Origin: a bacterium
GTDB lineage: Bacteria > Patescibacteriota > Patescibacteriia > UBA9570
Length of the DNA stretch: 64,000 nt
Assembly (NCBI GenBank): GCA_030698395.1
Contig: JAUYKW010000020.1
Span: 1,741 to 65,740, forward strand
Reading direction: 5' to 3'
Shown here: in pieces, positions 31,071-39,993 of the stretch
Layout of the letters: the number at the start of each line of letters is the position of its first letter
How positions within the stretch are numbered: the first letter of the stretch is position 1
Notes under the pieces: model-generated
Told to the model about the DNA's origin: nothing
The model's database searches: none
What the model saw: only the letters and a program-made list of their open reading frames with translations
Made by a program: the position numbers and the translations under genes

Positions 31071-31517
31071 ATGGCAACTTTAGTAAAAAATAAACGAGTT
31101 CGTTACGATTATCATGTTCTTGAAGAACATGAGGCCGGCTTAGTATTGTCTGGTGCAGAAGTAAAGGCAACGAAAGCTAAGAAAATCAGCTTGGAAGGAT
31201 CTTATATTACCCATAAGAATAACGAGTTATGGCTAATAAACATGATGATTAGTCCCTATCAATCCTCAAATCAACGCAACTATCAACCAATGAGAGATCG
31301 CAAGCTAATCATGCATCGTAGTGAAATTGATGGTTTATTGGGAAAAGCCAAGCAACAAGGCTTGACATTACTAGTAGAATCCTTGTATACTACGAGAGGT
31401 CTAATTAAGGTTAAAGTGGTTCTGGCACGTGGAAAAAAGCAATATGACAAGCGTGCAATTAAGAAAAAGCGGGACACTGACAGAAGTATTGCAAGGGCCA
31501 TGCGGAAAAAAGTTTGA
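31071..31517 (+). CDS. smpB: SsrA-binding protein
   Basis: NKR..YDY, EAGLVLSGAEVK, RDRKLIMH..EI, ARGKKQYDKR; adjacent to tmRNA. Confidence 0.97.
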   Translation: MATLVKNKRVRYDYHVLEEHEAGLVLSGAEVKATKAKKISLEGSYITHKNNELWLINMMISPYQSSNQRNYQPMRDRKLIMHRSEIDGLLGKAKQQGLTLLVESLYTTRGLIKVKVVLARGKKQYDKRAIKKKRDTDRSIARAMRKKV

Positions 31518-31640
31518 CAACCCATTATCATAGGCATTCACCGGTCACTCGATCATACGGTAAAGGGCCAAGGACATTTTGCTCCGCAAAATGAACTGGC
31601 CCGTACATCCGTCAATTTTAAAAAAATTGATCGGATGTCC

Positions 31641-32038
31641 GGGGATGTTTATATTCGATAATACTGCTCCTTTTATTACTGGCTAGGGATGCTGAGTACC
31701 ACCCAAAACTGCTCAAATTTCTCTAAGTGCAAACTTTGTAGAAAAAGCAAAAGATAAGGTACGAGCGCTTGCTAGTGCTTTGCAACCAGCTTTTGCTCCT
31801 GTTGTAGCATAAGCCTACGACCATCCGCGGTTCTGACACCTAATAGGAATCATCCGGGTGCCAAATTATTAGGATATACTACGTTAGGCTGAAATAACGT
31901 AGCGAAAATTCTTCAGATCGAGAATTACTATTTTGACTGGTTTTAAGGTAATTCTTTAAATATAAAAACCAATCTATCCTAGTAGAAGGTAATAAATTGA
32001 CATATTAGACGCGGGCGTGAACCCCGCCATCTCCACCA
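31641..32038 (+). ncRNA. ssrA: tmRNA
   Basis: 5' GGGGATG pairs with 3' CATCTCC-ACCA (G3.U70); T-arm GCGGG/CCCGC; tag ORF 31729-31812 ANFVEKAKDKVRALASALQPAFAPVVA*; next to smpB. Confidence 0.92.
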
Positions 32039-32107
32039 GTATTCTACTGTGTGAACTAATTTGGATATTTTTTATTCAAATTATATTTAATAGAAGCACC
32101 AATTTTA

Positions 32108-32647
32108 ATGGGAAAATACAAAAGATACGCATCAAAGAAAAAGGAGTTTAGACGAAATGAGCAAATTCATGCTACAGAAGTAAGTGTAATTGATGAAAAA
32201 GATAATCAATTAGGCATACTAGCAACTGCCGATGCTCTACGCGAAGCAAAGTCTCGTGGCTACGATTTAGTTGAAGTATCTCCCCTGGCAAAACCGCCAG
32301 TATGTAAAATTGTAAATTACGGTCAGCTTCAATACGAAAAAAGCAAAAAAGAACGTAAACAAAAAAGTAAGCAGAAGAAAACCGAGATAAAAGGAATTCG
32401 TCTATCCACCACGATCAGTGAGCATGATATGGGCGTACGTGTAGATAGAGCAAGAAAATTTCTAGAAAAAGGACATAAAGTACAAATGGAACTTTTACTC
32501 CGAGGCCGACAAAAGGCACATCCGGAAATTGGTGAAGACGTAATGAAGAAATTCATTAGTGAACTAGATGAAGTATCCAAAGTTGAATCTCCCGTATCCC
32601 GAAAAGGTGGAAAATTTATAGCATTAATAATACCAAAAAATAATTAA
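32108..32647 (+). CDS. infC: translation initiation factor IF-3
   Basis: NEQI, DLVEVSP.AKPPVCKI, KGHKV, RGRQ; upstream of rpmI-rplT. Confidence 0.97.
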   Translation: MGKYKRYASKKKEFRRNEQIHATEVSVIDEKDNQLGILATADALREAKSRGYDLVEVSPLAKPPVCKIVNYGQLQYEKSKKERKQKSKQKKTEIKGIRLSTTISEHDMGVRVDRARKFLEKGHKVQMELLLRGRQKAHPEIGEDVMKKFISELDEVSKVESPVSRKGGKFIALIIPKNN

Positions 32648-32652
32648 ATATT

Positions 32653-32853
32653 ATGGCAAATCAGAAACTCAAGACAAATAAAACCATCAGTAAGCGAGTA
32701 AAAATATCTCGTGGTAAGAATAAAACTATTACTGTACGTAAAGCTGGGCAGGATCATTTTAATGCTAAACAATCCGGTAAAACTAAAAGAAATAAAAGAG
32801 GAGGCACATCAGTTGCAAAAGTAAATGTTAGAAACATTCGTCGATCTATTTAA
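32653..32853 (+). CDS. rpmI: 50S ribosomal protein L35
   Basis: KLKTNKTISKRVK, HFNAKQSGKTKR; synteny. Confidence 0.93.
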   Translation: MANQKLKTNKTISKRVKISRGKNKTITVRKAGQDHFNAKQSGKTKRNKRGGTSVAKVNVRNIRRSI

Positions 32854-32893
32854 CATCAAGAAATCAATTTTCTGAGAATAATAATTTAAAATT

Positions 32894-33235
32894 ATGTCTA
32901 GAGTAAAAAGAGGTACAACTCATGTAAAGAAAAGACGCAAGCTGTTAAAGCAAGCAAAAGGTTTTAAGTCAGGAAGAAAGAATAAAATTAAGTTAGCAAC
33001 TACTGCAGTTACTAAAGCAGGAGCTAATGCGTATAGAGGACGTAAAGAAAAAAAACGTACAGCTAGATCATTGTGGAATGTAAAAATTAATGCAGGGGTA
33101 AGACCTCATGGTTTATCATATAGTGCATTCATTCATCAACTAAATGAAAAAGATATTCAGCTGAATAGAAAAGTTCTCAGCGAACTTGCAGAAAAACACC
33201 CAGAAGTGTTTGAAAAGTTAGTTAAATCTCTATAA
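32894..33235 (+). CDS. rplT: 50S ribosomal protein L20
   Basis: MSRVKRG, AKGF, AYRGRKEKKR, LNRKVLSELA. Confidence 0.97.
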   Translation: MSRVKRGTTHVKKRRKLLKQAKGFKSGRKNKIKLATTAVTKAGANAYRGRKEKKRTARSLWNVKINAGVRPHGLSYSAFIHQLNEKDIQLNRKVLSELAEKHPEVFEKLVKSL

Positions 33236-33236
33236 C

Positions 33237-33264
33237 AAAACGCGGTCTTCCGACCGCGTTTTTT
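33237..33264 (+). terminator. intrinsic terminator after rplT
   Basis: aaaacgcggtc-ttcc-gaccgcgttttttc stem plus U-tract. Confidence 0.85.
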
Positions 33265-33266
33265 CT

Positions 33267-34265
33267 ATGAAGTGGATAATTAAACATTTATATCCAGAAG
33301 AAATTATTGTACTGCTTACATTCATTTTTATTGGTGTTGTATTTTTAGTACTTCCGTATGAATTTCGATGGTTTGATAATGGATTAACAGTATTTTGGAT
33401 TCATAGATTGTTCGCACCCGCAATAAGCTTCTTCATCATTATTTTCTTTATCGCTGTATTCAAAGATATAAAATATAAAAAAAATCAAACCATTACACAT
33501 TTACTTGCGATCACCCTACTCGATGCAACACGAATCTATATAATCTTCTATATAGCTTTAATGATACATTTCAATATAAAAATACATATCGGCCTTTTTC
33601 GAGATGCCCTTTATGACCCTGCTCTGCACGTAGTAGATTTATGGCTAATGCAATATTTTGGTTTTTTATCAGATATTATGGTAAATATCCATGAAGTTAT
33701 GGATTTATCACCGCTGTATTTTTTAATCTACGAGTTAATGTTTCTCCTTACTTTTATTGCCCTGTACATTAGAAACAAAAAACAATTCAGATTACTTTTT
33801 TGTGCAACTATAATTACAACATTACTTGGCACACTCGGATACTATTTATTTCCTGCTATTGGACCCTTTCTTTATGATCAACCACATGCTCTTTATATGC
33901 AAGAATCAATTGCTGATATGTGGGCGAATTATCTAGCCTTTATTGCCAGTGGTGGAATGGATTATAAATTTGGACTCTTAATTAAAGGCATCGCTGCAAT
34001 GCCTAGTTTACATACAGCTAATGCAATTGTATTTACATTTTTCGCATGGAAATATGCCAGATACTTATTAATTTTCTACATCCCCTTCACTATCTTTATA
34101 TTAATCGAAGCACTATTCACTAAATTTCACTATTTTTTAGATTTAGTACTAGGAGCAGAAATTGCTGCTATAGCCATTATAACTACCTACATCTTATACC
34201 ATCTCCGAGGTAGATACTTTGCAGCAAATAATATATCAAATGAAACAACTTCAGAATCTCTGTAA
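33267..34265 (+). CDS. PAP2/Aur1-Ipt1-like (inositolphosphotransferase-type) membrane protein
   Basis: YYLFPAIGP, AAMPSLHTA, HYFLDL catalytic motifs; multiple TMs. Confidence 0.8.
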   Translation: MKWIIKHLYPEEIIVLLTFIFIGVVFLVLPYEFRWFDNGLTVFWIHRLFAPAISFFIIIFFIAVFKDIKYKKNQTITHLLAITLLDATRIYIIFYIALMIHFNIKIHIGLFRDALYDPALHVVDLWLMQYFGFLSDIMVNIHEVMDLSPLYFLIYELMFLLTFIALYIRNKKQFRLLFCATIITTLLGTLGYYLFPAIGPFLYDQPHALYMQESIADMWANYLAFIASGGMDYKFGLLIKGIAAMPSLHTANAIVFTFFAWKYARYLLIFYIPFTIFILIEALFTKFHYFLDLVLGAEIAAIAIITTYILYHLRGRYFAANNISNETTSESL

Positions 34266-34851
34266 TCAACAACAGTGGCAATTGATAATCCAATACGCCA
34301 AACTGCTTAGAGAAATTAATCAACAAGTAAACTTGATATCTCGAAAAGACATCAATAATTTATTTGAAAATCATATTGCACCAAGCTTCGCTTATAAAAT
34401 TTTAGATCGCATTCATACAAATGAATATATTCTAGATATAGGTAGTGGCGGTGGTTTGCCAGGAATTGTTAATGCAATTCTTTTTCCTGAATCTGATTTT
34501 CTATTAGTGGATTCAACTAAAAAGAAAGTTACAGCCTTAGATAAAATTATTTCAGAATTACACCTCACTAATATATCTGCATTATGGTCAAGAGTTGAAG
34601 AAATGAACATTCCTGAATATCAAAACAAATTCGATCGTACAACTAGCCGAGCTGTTGCACCAATGCAAAAAATAATTGAATGGAGCAAACCACTGCTAAA
34701 AGATGGTGGCACCATTGAGGCTCTAAAAGGTGGAGATATCGAAAAAGAAATTTCTGAATCTAAGCAAGTCATAACAAAATATAAATTGCCTAGTGAGTAC
34801 CATTATACTGAGCGCATGAAAAACCTAGTATTATTAAGTACAACAAAATAA
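34240..34851 (+). CDS. rsmG: 16S rRNA m7G527 methyltransferase
   Basis: NQQVNLISR, LDIGSGGGLPG, DSTKKK, RVEE, SRAVA, LKG; ATG 34240 preferred over TTG 34219. Confidence 0.92.
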   Translation: MKQLQNLCNQQQWQLIIQYAKLLREINQQVNLISRKDINNLFENHIAPSFAYKILDRIHTNEYILDIGSGGGLPGIVNAILFPESDFLLVDSTKKKVTALDKIISELHLTNISALWSRVEEMNIPEYQNKFDRTTSRAVAPMQKIIEWSKPLLKDGGTIEALKGGDIEKEISESKQVITKYKLPSEYHYTERMKNLVLLSTTK

Positions 34852-36027
34852 CTAGCTATTAAAATATTTTCTATCTTTTAAATGCTCTGGTAAATTTGAT
34901 TGTCCTTTATCTTTGCCGTAGCCAACATCTTTCATTAATTGAGTTGGCGCATTACGCAAATGCATAGGAACTGGTGAATTTTCTGTTTCTTTTATATCTG
35001 TATTAATCTGCTTGGCAACATTATAAATTGCTCTTGATTTTGGTGCATTGGCACAATATGCTACTGCCTGAAAAACTGCATACTGTCCTTCTTGTAATCC
35101 TAAAAAATGCACTGTTTGGTATGCAGCAATACATAGCTGAAGTGCTTGCGGATCTGCGTTGCCAATATCTTCGGATGCAAATTCTACTACTCTCCGCATC
35201 ACGTACAAAGGATCCTCGCCAGAATTCAGCATTCTACCGCACCAGTATAAAGCTGCATCTGTGTCACTAGCTCGCATAGTTTTATGCAAGGCGGATATTG
35301 TATTAAAATGTTCTTCACCTGCTCGATCATACCGCAAAGCAACTTTTTCTAATACGTTTTTTACGTCTGCTTCAGAGATTGTTGATATATCGTCATAACT
35401 CTTTTGTAACATTTCAACCGTATTCAAAGCTACCCTAGCATCTCCTTCGGCTATTCCAGCAATTAGCTCGCTAACTTCTTTACTTAATTTATCAGTTGCT
35501 CTATTTATTATTTTTAACAACGAATCTTTGCTTAATTTATCAAATACAAACACCTGAGATCGAGACAGCAATGCATTGTTCAGCTCAAATGATGGATTTT
35601 CGGTAGTAGCTCCAATCAATGTAATTATACCCTGCTCTATATAAGGAAGTAATGCATCTTGCTGACTCTTGTTCCAACGATGAATTTCATCTATAAAGAG
35701 AATTGATTTTTTTTGATGCAACTCTTTATCTGTTTTTGCTTGATCAATAATCTTCCGTAAATCTTTAACTCCTGAAGAAACAGCAGAAATAGTAATAAAT
35801 TCTGCCTCGGTTAAATTAGCAATAATTTTTGCTAATGTTGTTTTACCACTTCCTGGCGGTCCCCAAAAAATCATAGACACCAATAGATCTTGTTCGATCA
35901 TTGTTCTAATAGAACCTTTTTCACCAATTAATTTTTCTTGCCCTACAAACTGATCCAATCCTTGCGGACGCAACTGTTCCGCTAAAGGTTGATGCGCTGT
36001 TAAATTTTGGCTAAACAAAGAGTCCAT
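34852..36027 (-). CDS. rarA: replication-associated recombination protein A (MgsA/RarA)
   Basis: PLAEQLRP, WGPPGSGKTT, FIDEIHR, GATTENPSF, ISALHK, ASEDIGNAD, VPMHLRNAPT. Confidence 0.95.
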   Translation of the reverse strand: MDSLFSQNLTAHQPLAEQLRPQGLDQFVGQEKLIGEKGSIRTMIEQDLLVSMIFWGPPGSGKTTLAKIIANLTEAEFITISAVSSGVKDLRKIIDQAKTDKELHQKKSILFIDEIHRWNKSQQDALLPYIEQGIITLIGATTENPSFELNNALLSRSQVFVFDKLSKDSLLKIINRATDKLSKEVSELIAGIAEGDARVALNTVEMLQKSYDDISTISEADVKNVLEKVALRYDRAGEEHFNTISALHKTMRASDTDAALYWCGRMLNSGEDPLYVMRRVVEFASEDIGNADPQALQLCIAAYQTVHFLGLQEGQYAVFQAVAYCANAPKSRAIYNVAKQINTDIKETENSPVPMHLRNAPTQLMKDVGYGKDKGQSNLPEHLKDRKYFNS

Positions 36028-36031
36028 AAAT

Positions 36032-36688
36032 CTATTTCTTCGTTGCTATCATTACGCCAGATTCAATTGCAATTGGCACAGCAATAAAATCATCAGATTC
36101 TGCCAACATGCTATTTAACTCCTGAGCTTTTTTAATTCTGCCATCATATACAGCATCGGCCACAGTATTCCCTTTCCATCCAGAAGAAAAAATCACATTA
36201 TCAACTACTAACATTCCACCGGATTTCAATAAACTTTTACTAAGCTGAAAAAACCCTGGATACTCACGTTTATCAGCATCAATAAAAACAAAATCAAATT
36301 CTTCCGGCTGAAACTTTTTCAATTCTTCAAGAGCATCACAATGGCGCAAATCCACTCGAGACATATCCATTTCTGAAAAGAAATCTTTAGCCAAATTATA
36401 ATGCTTCAATTCCTTTTCTAGCGTTACAATTTTACCGTCAACCGCCAAGCTTTGGTATAACCACCATGTGGAATATCCCCACATAGTACCAATTTCTAAT
36501 ATTGATTTAGCACCCTTTGCTTGCACTAATACTTGAAGCAACTTTCCAAACTGAGGCTTAATATGATGCGGTGGTATTGGCAGTGATTTAGCACGTCTTT
36601 CAAATTCAAGCACTTTTTCTGGCACATCAGTATATTTATCCACGATGTACTTATTTACTTGTTCTCTTTTTTCTAACGGAATTTCCAT
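36032..36688 (-). CDS. O-methyltransferase (caffeoyl-CoA OMT-like family)
   Basis: LEIGTMWGYS, FDFVFIDADK, GGMLVVDNV; start 36688 supported by TGnTATACT 6 nt upstream. Confidence 0.88.
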   Translation of the reverse strand: MEIPLEKREQVNKYIVDKYTDVPEKVLEFERRAKSLPIPPHHIKPQFGKLLQVLVQAKGAKSILEIGTMWGYSTWWLYQSLAVDGKIVTLEKELKHYNLAKDFFSEMDMSRVDLRHCDALEELKKFQPEEFDFVFIDADKREYPGFFQLSKSLLKSGGMLVVDNVIFSSGWKGNTVADAVYDGRIKKAQELNSMLAESDDFIAVPIAIESGVMIATKK

Positions 36689-36710
36689 GACAGCAGTATA
36701 ACACAATAAC

Positions 36711-36740
36711 AAAGAGACGGGCTTATACCCGCCTCTTTTG
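36711..36740. terminator. hairpin terminator after the DUF4349 gene
   Basis: aaagagacgggc-ttat-acccgcctctttt. Confidence 0.6.
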
Positions 36741-36744
36741 CATA

Positions 36745-37938
36745 TTATTTGACTATCTTTGCTTGTTTATTAGATTGAATGGATCGTTTAATTTTACGAT
36801 ACATCCCTCTAATTATAAACCATATTGGCACGTAAATTGCACTATATACAGCCAGCCAAATTGCGAATCTCATTAACTTACCACTCGATCTAATAAGAGA
36901 GCTACTTGCTTTTCCTAACTCATATTTAATGCTGCCAAAAAAGGTAGATCTGTCGTACTGATAATAATTACCTTCCCAAAATGATTTATGTTCCTGAATA
37001 TGTAAAGTAACATTTACTAAATTATATTCAGCGATAGTCTCGGTGCGTTCAATATTCTGATCCTCAATGTATTCTACCTGTGAAGAAATATTTTGTTCTA
37101 TATCTGATCTTTCTTCAGCAGTAAGATCTTCATTTTGCAACCTCTCTTTTGCTTGATCAATCTGTTTTTGAGTTTGAGAAATACTCTCATCAATTTGTAC
37201 AACTTCCTCACTAACATTTTCTACATTATATTGAGTAACTTCAACTTCATTGTTAGCATCAAGATCTTTTAAGTATGCCTCAAATACACTAAGCTTTTCT
37301 GCTGGAAGTTGTAAATTTATAGTTCCATTTGAAGTATAATAATTTACTTGAATTATATATCCATCTAAATTTGTAACTTCTGTTCTTAATTGATCTATCA
37401 TTTCCAATGGATTATCTTTTGTATCGATGGTCATGGTAACAGATTCATCAAACAATTGCTTCTGTTCAGAATCATCTTTATAAAATGCATTTTCATCAGG
37501 AAATGGTTGTTCATATAATGCAGGCTCATAACCCATGTCATCACTTACCATATTAGCTTTTCTAGATATATCTTGTTTGTCTGATAATCCACCCATAGAT
37601 AATGTTGAAATTCCAGATTCCTCACCCATTGATTCTACTGATAATCCAGTAGTTGATAACAACGTAGGTGCAGATGGAATTGAAGCATAATCACTGCCTG
37701 ACTGTACTACTACAGTTGTTATTAATGCTACTAGGGCTAAACCAGCTCCGCTTAATGTAAAGCTTAATATTTTCCAGCTTGATTTTTTTTCTTTATTCAT
37801 AGTTTTGAGTTCACTCACAGTATTGGCTTTTTGCCACGCTGAACTTAAATTTTGTTCAACGCGAAGCTCCATACCATTGGTATCCACACTATCCAACTGC
37901 TGTTTTAATCGATGCAATTTTTGTTCAGCATTATTCAT
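36745..37938 (-). CDS. putative anti-sigma factor with DUF4349-like domain
   Basis: Short cytoplasmic N-terminus, TM, ferredoxin-like plus coiled-coil region, C-terminal TM; overlaps ECF sigma stop. Confidence 0.65.
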   Translation of the reverse strand: MNNAEQKLHRLKQQLDSVDTNGMELRVEQNLSSAWQKANTVSELKTMNKEKKSSWKILSFTLSGAGLALVALITTVVVQSGSDYASIPSAPTLLSTTGLSVESMGEESGISTLSMGGLSDKQDISRKANMVSDDMGYEPALYEQPFPDENAFYKDDSEQKQLFDESVTMTIDTKDNPLEMIDQLRTEVTNLDGYIIQVNYYTSNGTINLQLPAEKLSVFEAYLKDLDANNEVEVTQYNVENVSEEVVQIDESISQTQKQIDQAKERLQNEDLTAEERSDIEQNISSQVEYIEDQNIERTETIAEYNLVNVTLHIQEHKSFWEGNYYQYDRSTFFGSIKYELGKASSSLIRSSGKLMRFAIWLAVYSAIYVPIWFIIRGMYRKIKRSIQSNKQAKIVK

Positions 37939-38450
37939 AGAAAATTTTGTAAACGCTTTAAAGCTCGGTGCAGTTTAACGCCACAACTATTTTCGGAAAT
38001 ACCTAACACCTCTGCAATATTTTGATTTGGCATATCGTCTACATACTTCATAAGCAACAATTCTTGATCCGCATCTGTTAATTTATACAAGGCCAGATAA
38101 AAATCCATCCATTCTTGCTGATAAGTTGGTTGATTAGGCAAAATTTCAGCAATTGCTTCAATGTCTGTAAATTGATAATTCTTGTGCTTCCGAAAATGCA
38201 TGCGAGCGTGATTAATTGCAATTTGGAACAGCCAACTGGAAAATGGGGCGCCAGATGGAGTGTAATTTACTATTTTATTAAGTACTGTTAGGAATGTTTC
38301 TTGAGTTAAATCTTCAGCCAACTCTTTATTGCTGGTTCGTGCCAATAAAAATCTAAAGACACGTTTAACATAATGGCGGTATAATTGGATAAAATCCGCT
38401 TCTGATTGTTTTGCTGATTCAATTAATTCAAAAGAAACTTCCTTATTCAT
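37935..38450 (-). CDS. ECF RNA polymerase sigma factor
   Basis: AEDLTQETF, FSSWLFQIAIN, IAEVLGISE...VKLHRALKRL; start 38450 likely (track gives 38507). Confidence 0.92.
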   Translation of the reverse strand: MNKEVSFELIESAKQSEADFIQLYRHYVKRVFRFLLARTSNKELAEDLTQETFLTVLNKIVNYTPSGAPFSSWLFQIAINHARMHFRKHKNYQFTDIEAIAEILPNQPTYQQEWMDFYLALYKLTDADQELLLMKYVDDMPNQNIAEVLGISENSCGVKLHRALKRLQNFL

Positions 38451-38543
38451 TTGTTTTATTATACGCGTATTACGAAGAAGTGCACTGCTTCTATATGTAT
38501 AATGCACTAACCTAGTTAAATATTACACTTACAGTAATTCTAT

Positions 38544-39983
38544 CTATTTTCTCCTTTTAACTAATCTACGTCTTGTCCTTATGAAAAATACGATATTTAA
38601 ACAAACGCTTATAACTGTTATACCTATTAATGTATAGAAGATATATTTCTTGTTACTTTCCAATATTTGATAGAAAGACTTAGTATCGTCACGTGGATCA
38701 GGCATGTCTACTGGCCAATCGATATCATCTAACCCATAACGGTAAGATCTAAAAATTGCATTTAGATGGGCTGTATTTGAATAATGCGGACTAATATATT
38801 CCCAAACTATTTCATTATCAAACTTTAAACGATATAGTGGTTTGTTCTTTTCTTTCTTGCCATTAGGTTTTACCTCAAAAATTCTACCAAAGTCACCCTC
38901 TGTAATTAATGTATTACCATTTGGTAAGCGCTGAGTACCAGAAATTTTACCGGAAAAAAATCTGCTACCATCCATACCATCACCTTGATACTCCCAAACT
39001 ATTTCGTTTGTTTGCGGATTAACTTCAATGACTTTTGAATTTGGTCGCTGAGTTTTTTTCAAAGCTGGCCTGTGCATTCCGTTGTCATACAACAACACAT
39101 TACCATTCTCCAACAACGTAGAATCATGTTGTCCATTTAATATTCCATCGCCCCACTCCCAACTAATTTCTCCAGTTGCTTTATTAATTATCATTACTGT
39201 ATCTAAATACCTGAAGCTCGTTAAAACTGATTCTTCTCCATTATATGAATTTCCAGCTGGTAAATATTCTACCGTATTTGCATGCGTCCATTCATTTCTA
39301 TTATTAAGATCATCTATCGAGTAATTTTCTATCTGCATCATATCTTGTGTATGCCATTCCCAAACAATTTCCTTTGTATCATAATCAATTTCAATAAGCA
39401 CATCACTCCATGTTACTCCATCCCAATCCTTTGCAATTATCCCACCACGAATCCGATCCATGTTTTCAGTTTTTATAGGCTCCCACATGATTGCCATGAT
39501 ATTACCGTTTGGTAATTTATCAAAATCATGATGCAGAAAATCATTTTTATATTCCCACATAATATTTCCATCCCAATCAATCTCTTGAATTACTCCACCA
39601 CCGCCACCTGGTAAAGATTCATGATTACTTGTACTTCCAGCATATAAAAGCGTACTATCTTTTAATAAAAAACCATAAAGTCCCGGAGAATGATTTACTG
39701 GCCAGGAATGAACAACATCTCCTTGCATATCTACCAAATACACATGATGTAATAGTTTGCCCTTTTCGCGAGAAACTGGTGTATATAAAGTAAAACCATC
39801 ATATGTATCGGTTGGTTTATCTATTGTTACTCCATGTTGAACCACCGAAGGATATGCAAAAACCGCTGAAGCAAAGAAAATAAAAAAAATAGAGTTAATT
39901 AAAACAAACCATAATCGCTTGATCTGTTTTAAACTTCTATATTCAAAAAAAAGTTTCCAATTCATAAATCCAGAAATGTGCAC
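38544..39983 (-). CDS. arylsulfate sulfotransferase (ASST)-like beta-propeller, exported and C-terminally anchored
   Basis: HHDFDKLPNGN, WTHANT, GQHD, YDNG, QRLPNGNTLITEG; C-terminal TM with basic tail. Confidence 0.85.
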   Translation of the reverse strand: MHISGFMNWKLFFEYRSLKQIKRLWFVLINSIFFIFFASAVFAYPSVVQHGVTIDKPTDTYDGFTLYTPVSREKGKLLHHVYLVDMQGDVVHSWPVNHSPGLYGFLLKDSTLLYAGSTSNHESLPGGGGGVIQEIDWDGNIMWEYKNDFLHHDFDKLPNGNIMAIMWEPIKTENMDRIRGGIIAKDWDGVTWSDVLIEIDYDTKEIVWEWHTQDMMQIENYSIDDLNNRNEWTHANTVEYLPAGNSYNGEESVLTSFRYLDTVMIINKATGEISWEWGDGILNGQHDSTLLENGNVLLYDNGMHRPALKKTQRPNSKVIEVNPQTNEIVWEYQGDGMDGSRFFSGKISGTQRLPNGNTLITEGDFGRIFEVKPNGKKEKNKPLYRLKFDNEIVWEYISPHYSNTAHLNAIFRSYRYGLDDIDWPVDMPDPRDDTKSFYQILESNKKYIFYTLIGITVISVCLNIVFFIRTRRRLVKRRK

Positions 39984-39993
39984 AAAGTGTTCA

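Noticed and set aside
32040-32107. L20 leader or AUU start for infC (in-frame ATT at 32102)
   Set aside because: Only a short AGAAGCACC resemblance with no complementary strand; an ATG lies two codons downstream, so the AUU start is unsupported
32038-32110. Integrated element at the tmRNA 3' end
   Set aside because: infC follows directly; no integrase or duplicated 3' end was seen
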